Shown: positions 19,289-27,309 of the stretch, piece after piece
Layout: each line of letters opens with the position of its first letter
How positions within the stretch are numbered: the first letter of the stretch is position 1
DNA from: Chthoniobacteraceae bacterium
GTDB lineage: Bacteria > Verrucomicrobiota > Verrucomicrobiia > Chthoniobacterales > Chthoniobacteraceae
Assembly (NCBI GenBank): GCA_031409655.1
Contig: JANNXQ010000130.1
Coordinates: 1 to 64,000 of the forward strand
Reading direction: 5' to 3'
Length of the DNA: 64,000 nucleotides
Notes under the pieces: generated by a model
Databases searched by the model: none
What the model saw: only the letters and a program-made list of their open reading frames with translations
Told to the model about the DNA's origin: nothing
Made by a program: the position numbers and the translations under genes

Positions 19289-20296
19289 TTAAGGGGTCGT
19301 GAAGAGAGTGTGATTGGGGTTGTAGTCGGCTTTGGATTGGAGGAGAGCGAAGGCGGTGCGGACCATTTTGTGGAGGACGGCGAAGACGATGGCCATGGGG
19401 GTTTTGCCGGCGGCGCGGAGGCGCTCGGCAAAGGCTTTGGAGCGGGGGTCGCAGCGCAGCGCGGTGAGGGCCGGGAAGTAGAGTTTGGAGCGCAGCTCTG
19501 GGGCGGCGTGGCCGATGCGGGAAGCTTTGCGCACGGAGGTGCCGCTCTGGCACTGGCGCGGCACCACGCCCAGCCAGGCCGCGACGGAGCGGGCGTTTTT
19601 GAAGTGGCGCGGGAGCTCGGCGGCGAGCAGGCGTGCCGTCTTGCGGCCGCACCCGGGGATGGCCTCGAGGCGGGTGATGTCGGCGGCCAGCTCCGGGCTG
19701 TTGCGGAGGTGCGTGGCGACGGCTTTTTCCAGGCGGGCGAGTTCCGCGGCCAGCCACTTGGCCGAGCGTTGGAGGCTCTGGCGCAGAGCGGGCGCGGCGG
19801 GCGCGGTTTCCAGCCGGCGTTGCTCGGCTTGGAGGGCGACTTCCAGATCGGCCTGGCGGCGCAGCAGTTCGCGCAGGAGGGCTTGGGCGGGCGGCAGCGG
19901 CTGCCACTCCTCAAGGGGCTGGGTGGCGGCCATGCGGGCGATGAGCTGCGCATCGACCCGGTCGGTCTTGTTGCGGCGGCCGAGGCTGCGCGCGAAATCC
20001 AGCACGCGGCGGGGGTTGAGCACGGCGACGCGGTGGCCGGCGGCTTGCGCGGCCGTGGCCACGGCGAGGCTGTAGGCGCCCGTGGCCTCCAGGGCGATGA
20101 GGGCTTTCTCCACGCCTTGCGCGGCCAGCCAGGCCAGCATTTGCGCGTGGCCGTCCTGGGTATTGGCAAAGCGCTGATGAAGGGTGCGGGGAGTGACGAG
20201 CAGGGCGACATCGAGGGTGAGTTTGGCGACGTCGATGCCCAGCGCGGGGAGCGTGGCAGGGAGGGTTGGTGGGGAGGATGGAGCAGTTTGCGGCAT
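19289..20296 (-). CDS. IS110-family transposase/recombinase
   Basis: RuvC-like DEDD motifs LGIDVAK, LEATG, KTDRVDA; C-terminal IPGCG ... AAWLGVVP..QSGTSV with the conserved Ser. Confidence 0.95.
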   Translation of the reverse strand: MPQTAPSSPPTLPATLPALGIDVAKLTLDVALLVTPRTLHQRFANTQDGHAQMLAWLAAQGVEKALIALEATGAYSLAVATAAQAAGHRVAVLNPRRVLDFARSLGRRNKTDRVDAQLIARMAATQPLEEWQPLPPAQALLRELLRRQADLEVALQAEQRRLETAPAAPALRQSLQRSAKWLAAELARLEKAVATHLRNSPELAADITRLEAIPGCGRKTARLLAAELPRHFKNARSVAAWLGVVPRQCQSGTSVRKASRIGHAAPELRSKLYFPALTALRCDPRSKAFAERLRAAGKTPMAIVFAVLHKMVRTAFALLQSKADYNPNHTLFTTP

Positions 20297-20344
20297 GGCT
20301 TTTTGGTGGTGGGTGGTGGGGTTGATTTGGGTGGTGTGCAGTCT

Positions 20345-20540
20345 TGCTTTGAGGCGGCTCTCCGGCGCGGGGCGCAGGCTTGTGTGACGCAGTGCTCCGC
20401 GAGTAAACTCCCGGTCTGCCAGATACCGTCCGGCCTTTGGGCCGGAGAGGCGGCGGGGTCGGGTGCCTTTCTAATTTACAGGCTCAGTGTGACCTCAGCC
20501 GGTGACGGGTTACCCGCCCCGCTGCCTCAAAACGGACGCT
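20345..20540 (-). ncRNA. Putative IS110 bridge RNA (target-binding loop followed by donor-binding loop); boundaries approximate
   Basis: Stem 20447-20464/20512-20528 encloses target guides (20497-20505, 20471-20477); stem 20358-20366/20441-20449 encloses donor guides (20421-20429 identical to element end 19249-19257; 20379-20386 complementary to element end 20563-20570). Confidence 0.75.
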
Positions 20541-20583
20541 CTTGGTCTAACACGGCAATCAACACACAAGCCGTTCCCTCCAA

Positions 20584-22023
20584 ATGACAATCAAGCACAG
20601 CCATCCCATACGCCTCGTGTTTCCCGGCATCCGGCGGACTCGCGCTCAGCCCTCCTCACTCCCGGACGCCGATCCCCACTCTGGTCGTCCAGGGTGCGGC
20701 GGGCGCAAAAGCAAACTCCTGGCAGCAGTGCTCTCCTTCGCCGGCTTGCTGATGCCGCCAGTCGGCGCGCAGGAAGCGACGGCTTGGGCTGTTACCGCGA
20801 AGACCGCTCCGGCGGGGTTGCTCGATGTCGCATTGACGAAGCGCCAAGCCCTTTTCTTCACCCAGCAGCAGGTGGGAGGAAAGGTGATGCCCTTGGTTGG
20901 ATTCTTCATTGGTGCCGACGGGCTGGCCTTGTGTCCTCTGACTCCGCTTTCTTGGAAGACAGGTCCGAGGTTCGGGATGGATGACGGGGAAAAGACCTGG
21001 CTCCCGCGCCCTGCGGTGCTCGCCGTGTTTCCCGAACAGGAACTTGCTTTGGTGAAATTCGCCTTCAAGCCGAAGACATGGCTGAAGATTTCCAAAGAGC
21101 CAACGCCCGTCGGCACCTGGGTGGCCGTGCTTTCTCCGTCTTTTGCTCCGAATCCCGTCGTGGGCCCCATCCTGGCCCATCGGGAAATAACCTGGTCATC
21201 GCCATTGCTTCCACCGCGCCCACCGGTAAAGAAGTTCAGCTTTGCCGCCGGTCGCAGTCCCAGCATTGAGAAGGTATTCGTGGCAGGTGCGCCCCTGCTT
21301 GACGCGCGCGGGGAAGTCGTGGCGGCATTCTCCGGATCCCAGCCGATGCCTGGCCAGACTTTGAGAACAGCCAGTCCCCTTGCGGAGTTGCCGATGCGGA
21401 TTCAGGAGGCTGTCAAGATGGGGAAGCCACTGAAGCTTCCGCTCTCCGCCAAGGACTTGCAGTTGGATCCGGCTGCCTTGAGCGAGGAGAATCGCGCGAT
21501 GGAAGCTGCTCAAATGGAGGGGAACTTCGCGAAAGGCATGCAGCAAGCGAAAGCACTGGTCGCCAAGTTTCCTGACAGCCACTACGCGCGAACCTCGGAA
21601 TATGGTTTTGTCTCGAGGGAAGTTGATCTTGGGGAGGTCAGTGCGCAGGAGTTGGTCGAACTCGCGCAACAGTTTAAGCTTCAGGAAAATGACCCCCCAT
21701 GGGAAAAGGCCGCCTATTACAGCCGCCTCGGTGAAGCCCTCGGGCGTGCGAATCGCGTGGACGAAGCAATCGCCCCTTTACAGAAAGCCGACGAACTGTG
21801 GCCGCAGCAAATGGCGTGTATGAGCCTGGCAGTTCTCTTCGAGAAAAAGGGCCAATTGGAAGAGGCCGAGCGTTACTGGTGGCGTGCCACCAGTCTGGAT
21901 CAGGAGCGAATCGAGTATTGGAACCGACTCAGCCTGGTCCTTTCAGCACGCCTCAAATTCAAAGAAGTGAGCGAAGTGTCGGATCGTGTCCGCTTCCTCG
22001 AGGACCTTTATAGAAGGCGCTAA
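20584..22023 (+). CDS. Degenerate trypsin-like domain plus C-terminal TPR protein
   Basis: GFFIGADGLALC, QELALVKF, AGAPLLDARGEVV mirror trypsin-like motifs without the triad; TPR-like helices at the C-terminus; real start may be downstream. Confidence 0.6.
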   Translation: MTIKHSHPIRLVFPGIRRTRAQPSSLPDADPHSGRPGCGGRKSKLLAAVLSFAGLLMPPVGAQEATAWAVTAKTAPAGLLDVALTKRQALFFTQQQVGGKVMPLVGFFIGADGLALCPLTPLSWKTGPRFGMDDGEKTWLPRPAVLAVFPEQELALVKFAFKPKTWLKISKEPTPVGTWVAVLSPSFAPNPVVGPILAHREITWSSPLLPPRPPVKKFSFAAGRSPSIEKVFVAGAPLLDARGEVVAAFSGSQPMPGQTLRTASPLAELPMRIQEAVKMGKPLKLPLSAKDLQLDPAALSEENRAMEAAQMEGNFAKGMQQAKALVAKFPDSHYARTSEYGFVSREVDLGEVSAQELVELAQQFKLQENDPPWEKAAYYSRLGEALGRANRVDEAIAPLQKADELWPQQMACMSLAVLFEKKGQLEEAERYWWRATSLDQERIEYWNRLSLVLSARLKFKEVSEVSDRVRFLEDLYRRR

Positions 22024-22096
22024 ATCCGGCGGTGAAAACAAAGTGACAGACTAAACTGCCAGGAGGTTGCTTTTCCGTAGCCGCGAGGGGCGTACA

Positions 22097-22357
22097 ATGA
22101 TGCAGATCAATAGTCACCCGCAAGGCTTCATCCTGCGGCAAGGCTGGGCGGCGCTCGACTTCGGCGGGGAGCGCGAGATCGCGCACCTGCACCGTCTGAC
22201 AACGCAGACCCCGGCGTTCTTCGATGAGACGGTGCGCCGGCATGTCGAGGCGATCGAGAAGGAGATGATGACGCTGCAAACGCAGGCGGAGGAACTCGCC
22301 AAGGAGATCGAAGACCTCACCGGGGATTCCCCGCTCGGAAGCGGCTGGATGGCATAA
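22097..22357 (+). CDS. Small hypothetical protein with coiled-coil C-terminus
   Basis: ATG at 22097 after GAGGGG; VEAIEKEMMTLQTQAEELAKEIEDL heptads; host-like codon usage. Confidence 0.55.
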   Translation: MMQINSHPQGFILRQGWAALDFGGEREIAHLHRLTTQTPAFFDETVRRHVEAIEKEMMTLQTQAEELAKEIEDLTGDSPLGSGWMA

Positions 22358-22400
22358 GGGAGAGCTGGTCGAGCCAGCGACCGCCGTCCGTCTGCCTCAC

Positions 22401-23756
22401 TCACCACTTCGTGAGCTGTTCCGGGAAGCGGCAGTGCTGGCAGTCGCTGGCGTCGCGCAGGCAGAAGTCTTCGTAGATTTGCAGCAGGCCCTGCTGGGCA
22501 GCGGCGGTTTTGAGGAGTTCGTGCTGCCGCGGGCTGTCGCTGAAGAGGCGTTGGGCGGCGATTTTCACGCGTTTGTTGCCAAGGCCGGCGGGGACGTTTT
22601 TGCAGCCGATCCAGCGGCGCGGGTCGGCGGTGATGGCCAGCGGGTAGAAGACGTTCATGAGCATCTCGGTGACGCGCGATTCACCGACGAGGGCCATGCG
22701 TGTGGCGGAGGGTTTCGAGGTCACGGTGTAGTGCGCGTCCCAGTATTCGTCGCGGAGTGCGGCGAAAAAATCCTGGAGCGCGCGGGGCTCGCAGGCCTTG
22801 GCCAGCGTGCGCACTTTTGGCCAGTGCTGCACCAGCGCGGCGAGGGCGGCGAGACGGCGCTGGGGATGATTCACGGGGCGTTGGCCGCCAAATTTCCACA
22901 GCTTGGGCGCGATCGTGAACCGCTCGAATTCCGCGCGGCGCGGCCACCACTTTTCCCACAGCTCGCGGAGATACGAACGCGTCGGCGCATCGAACTGGCG
23001 CAGATCGCTCGCGGGCAGAAAGCCCGCGACGCCGAAGAGCAGCGCATCCGCATCGCCCTTGCGCAGGAGGCGCAGTGGGAGGCGCTGCGCGAGCAGGGTG
23101 AAGGGGAGCTTGTTGTTCTTGTAGCCGAGCGTGGCCGCGAGCGCCTGGTAGAGCGCCTCGTCCGGGCCGTGCAGTTCACCGAGCCGGGCGAGCGCCGCGC
23201 CTTTGCGGCCGAGGCGATACTGCGCGGCCCCGAGCAGGACCTCGCGTGCTTTTTCCGCGGGCAGATCCCGCAGCGGACCCACACACCGCCCGGGCTTGGC
23301 CTCGGGTTGCGGATTCGGGATCGCGGCAGTGAGCGCCTGCACGTCGAGCAGCACTTGCGGGACGAGACGGTGCCGCGCGGTGCGGGTGAAAAACTCGGCG
23401 TCGCCGCGCTCCGTGAAGAGATGCAGCACCACACCCTCGTAGGCAGGATTCTCCGCGTGCCCGTGGCGTTCCCAATCGCGCGCCTCGGGATCGAGTTCGA
23501 TGGCCCCGCGCACCGACTCGCCGCCGTCGAAGGCCACCGCCGCTTCCGCGAAATCCGGCCCCGCCTCGCGATTCCACACGCCGAACTGCACCACCCGCAC
23601 CGCCGCGCCGCTCGTGGTCGTGAACTCCCGCCCGAAGTCCCCCGCAAACCAATGCGCCTGCAGTTCCAACTCTGGCAGGTGCCGCGGCACCCGGAGCAGC
23701 GGCTCCTCCCGCAGCGCGGATCCGCGCAGGGTGGCGTAGCGTTCCGCGGCATTCAT
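22401..23756 (-). CDS. DUF2851-family protein
   Basis: GVWNREAGPDF, YEGVVLH, LGYKNNKLPF, RPVNHPQRRLA, QQGLLQIYEDFC and terminal CxxC. Confidence 0.75.
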   Translation of the reverse strand: MNAAERYATLRGSALREEPLLRVPRHLPELELQAHWFAGDFGREFTTTSGAAVRVVQFGVWNREAGPDFAEAAVAFDGGESVRGAIELDPEARDWERHGHAENPAYEGVVLHLFTERGDAEFFTRTARHRLVPQVLLDVQALTAAIPNPQPEAKPGRCVGPLRDLPAEKAREVLLGAAQYRLGRKGAALARLGELHGPDEALYQALAATLGYKNNKLPFTLLAQRLPLRLLRKGDADALLFGVAGFLPASDLRQFDAPTRSYLRELWEKWWPRRAEFERFTIAPKLWKFGGQRPVNHPQRRLAALAALVQHWPKVRTLAKACEPRALQDFFAALRDEYWDAHYTVTSKPSATRMALVGESRVTEMLMNVFYPLAITADPRRWIGCKNVPAGLGNKRVKIAAQRLFSDSPRQHELLKTAAAQQGLLQIYEDFCLRDASDCQHCRFPEQLTKW

Positions 23757-23942
23757 ACGAGCTCCCTCCGCACGTCGAAAGCCGCAAGCAGCAAAGGGGG
23801 GAGGCGGATTTTCATGGGACCTTCAGTCAGCCGGATTCGGCACCGATTGAAAGGTGGAAAGCAGGCGCGATCCACCGGGGCGCGCGCAAACTTTTTCGCT
23901 GCGCGCTCGTCGCGCCACCACGCACGCCTTATCCCTTTAGCC

Positions 23943-25178
23943 ATGTCCGCGTCGGCACTCCCACTCGCTCTCCAGTCGGCGCAAGTCCCCTGGCTGGTCT
24001 GCGGCGCGCTCGGCCTTTACCTGCTCGCGCTCTTCCTCCATCCCGCGCGCTCCAGTCTGCGCGATGGCCTGCGCGCGATCCGTCGGTATCCCATGCTGTG
24101 GATGCCGCTCGGCGCCTTCGGTTTTGCCTACGCGCTCTTCCAACTCGCCCAGCGCTGCTACTTCTATGGCGTACTGCCGGCGGCGGATCGGCCCGTCTTC
24201 CAGTGGCTGCGCCCGGCGGGATCGCTCTGGCAGCTCCCGCCCGGCGCCTTCGCCGAGAGCGCGCGCGACGCCCTCCTGCCAGCGCTCGAAAATGTCGCCG
24301 GCATCTTCAACAACCTCGTCTCCACTTTCCCACTCGCCGCCGTCGCCGCCGTGTTCCTGCTCCTGAATTACGACGGCCACCACGGCGTCCTCTGGCGCGC
24401 GTTGCGCCATCGCTTCGACGGCCGGGCCATCCTCGTTTACAGCGGCATCCTCGCCTGTGCGCTCGCCGCGCTGGCCAAGCCTTTCCTCTACGTCATCGCC
24501 CGCCATATCGATGGCGAACTCTGGTTCCAGTGGTCGCCCGTCGTCGTGTGGTTCGCATTCCTCTTCGAATATTTCTTCGGCGTCTGCGTGCAGCTCTACC
24601 TCATCCTGCTCGCCTATTGCTGGGTGCGCGGCATCAGCTTTACGCACCAGCACCTGCTCGACTTCGCCATCCGGCGTTTCAGCTTCGTGGTGAAATGGGC
24701 CGCGCTCGTGACGGTCTTGAGCAGCCTCTTCATCGATCTCCCGCTCATCCTGAAAAACTTCGCGCCGTTCGCAAAATTCTTCACCAGCGAAGGCGCCCAG
24801 GTGGACTTTCGCCTGCGGCTCGCCCGCTCGATCCTCACCGGCTTCCTCCTCGTCTTCTCGACGATGCAGATCACCCTCACCTTCCACAGCGAATCGCTGC
24901 GCCACGCCTTTCACGATCACCTCCAGTTTCTCCGTCGCCACTGGTGGCCCTTCTCCTGGTTCCTGATCGCCGCGGCGTTGCATCTCTTCGCGCTCGAGCT
25001 GCTGCATCTCACCGTGCGCGCTGGATTTGGCGAAGGCACCGCCGCGGGAATTCTGTGGCAGCTTCTCTTTCCTTGGCTTGCCGCGATCGTCGCCGCGTGG
25101 TTGCTCGCGAGCTGGGTCTGCCTCTACAAACGCTGCGACACCGGCCGCCGCGCGAATGAAAACTGGATCGCCTTCTAA
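23943..25178 (+). CDS. Multi-pass membrane protein of unknown function
   Basis: ATG at 23943 in the 3' part of ORF 22434..25178; about 9-10 hydrophobic segments. Confidence 0.75.
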   Translation: MSASALPLALQSAQVPWLVCGALGLYLLALFLHPARSSLRDGLRAIRRYPMLWMPLGAFGFAYALFQLAQRCYFYGVLPAADRPVFQWLRPAGSLWQLPPGAFAESARDALLPALENVAGIFNNLVSTFPLAAVAAVFLLLNYDGHHGVLWRALRHRFDGRAILVYSGILACALAALAKPFLYVIARHIDGELWFQWSPVVVWFAFLFEYFFGVCVQLYLILLAYCWVRGISFTHQHLLDFAIRRFSFVVKWAALVTVLSSLFIDLPLILKNFAPFAKFFTSEGAQVDFRLRLARSILTGFLLVFSTMQITLTFHSESLRHAFHDHLQFLRRHWWPFSWFLIAAALHLFALELLHLTVRAGFGEGTAAGILWQLLFPWLAAIVAAWLLASWVCLYKRCDTGRRANENWIAF

Positions 25179-25280
25179 CCCAACGCTACGAACTGACCGC
25201 GCCGCATCGCTTCTTCCTCTTCCTCCTCCGTCCACCCACAGCCCGATGATGACGATGATGCTGCTGAGACGCACTCCACC

Positions 25281-25970
25281 GTGACTCCCGCAAATCCACC
25301 CGCTCTCGAACTCCGCAACGTCACCCATGGCGGCGTGGTGCGCGACGTCAGCGCGAGCTTTGCACCCAGCAGTTTTCACCTCCTGCGCGGCGACGCGGAG
25401 AGCGGGAAAAATGGGCTGCTCCGCCTTCTCGGCTTGCTGGAACGCCCCGAGCACGGCGAGGTCTTGCTCCACGGCGTCCCGACCAGTGCCCTCGACGAAA
25501 TCGCCCACACCGCCTTGCGCGCCCGGGAGTGCGGCTTTGTCTTCGCCGCGCCGTTTCTGCTCGGGGGATTTACGGTCATTGAAAATGTCGCGATGCCGCT
25601 TTTCAAGGTGTCGCAAGTCGGGCCCGAAGCCGCGCGGCGGCGGACGGTCGCCGTGCTGGAGTTCGTCGGCCTCGCCGAAGCCATGGAAGCGCCCGTGGCG
25701 GAACTCCCGCCCGATGCTCAGCGCCGCGTCTCGCTCGCCCGCGCTTTGGTCAATGAGCCCGCCGCCGTTTTCGTCGAAGACCTCGATAGCGGTCTCGATC
25801 CCGCCCCCCTCGGCGAGTTCACCACGCTCCTCCGCCGCGCCTGTGAACGCTACGACCTCGCGGTGATCGCGAGCGCTTCCGCGGACTGTCCGCGGCAAGC
25901 GCACGATCGCGTGCTCGACCTCGTCGCCGGGACGATCCGCAGCGACTCGGAAGCCTTGCGGGCCTCGTGA
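25281..25970 (+). CDS. LolD-like ABC ATP-binding domain protein, degenerate catalytic motifs
   Basis: Fold recognisable (LLGLLERPEHGEV, TVIENVAMPL, RVSLARALVNEP), but Walker A GDAESGKN, signature LPPDA, Walker B VFVEDL, no H-loop His. Confidence 0.7.
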   Translation: MTPANPPALELRNVTHGGVVRDVSASFAPSSFHLLRGDAESGKNGLLRLLGLLERPEHGEVLLHGVPTSALDEIAHTALRARECGFVFAAPFLLGGFTVIENVAMPLFKVSQVGPEAARRRTVAVLEFVGLAEAMEAPVAELPPDAQRRVSLARALVNEPAAVFVEDLDSGLDPAPLGEFTTLLRRACERYDLAVIASASADCPRQAHDRVLDLVAGTIRSDSEALRAS

Positions 25971-26806
25971 ACGCCACGGCCCCGAGCGCCGCGGAGATCA
26001 CGCGCGCCAGCAAATCGAATCTCGCGCTCGCTTTCATCGCCCTCCCGCGCGACCGACGCGCCGACATCACGGTCTTTTACGCATGGTGCCGCGTGATCGA
26101 CGACATCGCCGATGATCCCGGCCAGACGGAGACGGCCCGCCGTGCCGACCTCGATCGCTGGCGCCGCGCGTTGCTCGAACCGATAATGGACGAACCCGCA
26201 CTCGCCGTGACCGTGCGTGCGCTCATTTCCAAATACCAACTCACCGTCGGACACTTTCACGAGATCATCGCAGGCATGGAGATGGACCTCGATCGCGTGA
26301 CCTTTGAGACGTGGGAAGACCTGCGCCTCTACGGCCATCGCGTCGCCAGCGTCGTCGGGGTGATCAGCGCGGCGATCTTCGGGGCGCGCGATCCCGCTGC
26401 TCGCCAATACGCGCTCGACCTTGGCCTCGCGCTGCAGATCACCAATATCCTCCGCGATGTCGGCGAGGACTTTGCCAACGGGGGCCGCATCTACCTCCCG
26501 CGCGCAGAAATGGAGCGCTTCGGCTACCCGACCGCCGACCTCGCTGCCTCGCGCCACAATGCCGCTTTCCTCGCGCTCATGGACTTCCAGGCGCAGCGGG
26601 CGCTCGACTTCTATCGCGCCGCAGCCACCGGCCTCCCAGAGGCCGAGCGCAAGACGATGGTCGCCGCTGAAATCATGCGCGCCATCTATTCGCGCCTGCT
26701 GGAGAAAATGCAGCGGGATCGTTTCCACGTCTTCGGCCACCGCTACCGCCTGACGCGTCCGCACAAGCTCGCCCTCGTCGCTCGGGAAATGTGGCGGTGC
26801 CGGTGA
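25967..26806 (+). CDS. Squalene/phytoene synthase family protein (HpnD/CrtB-like)
   Basis: SKSNLALAF, CRVIDDIADD, RVASVVG, LQITNILRDVGED, GRIYLP. Confidence 0.88.
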   Translation: MNATAPSAAEITRASKSNLALAFIALPRDRRADITVFYAWCRVIDDIADDPGQTETARRADLDRWRRALLEPIMDEPALAVTVRALISKYQLTVGHFHEIIAGMEMDLDRVTFETWEDLRLYGHRVASVVGVISAAIFGARDPAARQYALDLGLALQITNILRDVGEDFANGGRIYLPRAEMERFGYPTADLAASRHNAAFLALMDFQAQRALDFYRAAATGLPEAERKTMVAAEIMRAIYSRLLEKMQRDRFHVFGHRYRLTRPHKLALVAREMWRCR

Positions 26807-26898
26807 ATCCTTGACCATCACCGCGCGCATCTCCGGAAAGAGCCCTCGAAGAGCACCCACTTGCACCCCGTCTCAAACCAGCCTAACTCACCCGACCC

Positions 26899-27309
26899 AT
26901 GAAACGATTCATCCCCGCCGTCTCTGCCTCGCTCCTCATCGCCCTTACTTTTTCCGGCTGTGAAACGTCCGGCCAAAGCGCTCTCGCCGGTGCCGCCACG
27001 GGCGCGGCGATCGGCGGCCTGCTCCACGGTCGCGGGGATCAAGCGCTCCACGGTGCGGCGATCGGCGCCGGCGCGGGTTACCTGCTCGGCAAGGTCGCGC
27101 AACGCCAGCGGGAAGATGCTTATCAGCGCGGCTACTACGAAGGCGGCGGCTACCGCGGTCAGACCCGCTACCCCATGGGTCGATTCACGGATCAACGCGG
27201 CTTTGTCCGCAGCCCGTATCGCCCGTATCACGTCATCGACGTGCGCGACATCCCGCCAGGCGCTCAGGTCATCGACCCGAGCTGCGAGCAGATCTTCATC
27301 AATCCGTAA
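26899..27309 (+). CDS. Glycine-zipper lipoprotein
   Basis: Lipobox-like FSGC; GAATGAAIGG and GAAIGAGAG zippers. Confidence 0.8.
   Translation: MKRFIPAVSASLLIALTFSGCETSGQSALAGAATGAAIGGLLHGRGDQALHGAAIGAGAGYLLGKVAQRQREDAYQRGYYEGGGYRGQTRYPMGRFTDQRGFVRSPYRPYHVIDVRDIPPGAQVIDPSCEQIFINP

Larger units (their letters stand above)
19249..20570 (-). mobile_element. IS110-family insertion sequence, complete, CT core at both ends
   Basis: DEDD recombinase ORF; long upstream non-coding end, short downstream end; CT (AG on plus) at 19249-19250 and 20569-20570; removing the element restores a hairpin GGAGGGA...TCCCTCC. Confidence 0.85.

Noticed and set aside
19190..20587. 465-aa plus-strand ORF spanning the IS110
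   Set aside because: Antisense shadow of the transposase and its non-coding end
22434..23942. Apparent 914-aa fusion ORF 22434..25178
   Set aside because: Its 5' half is the antisense of the DUF2851-like gene; only the part from ATG 23943 looks like a protein
25180..25280. Trinucleotide-like low-complexity run (CTT/CCT, GAT/GAC)
   Set aside because: Short, imperfect and single-copy; no structure or function can be supported
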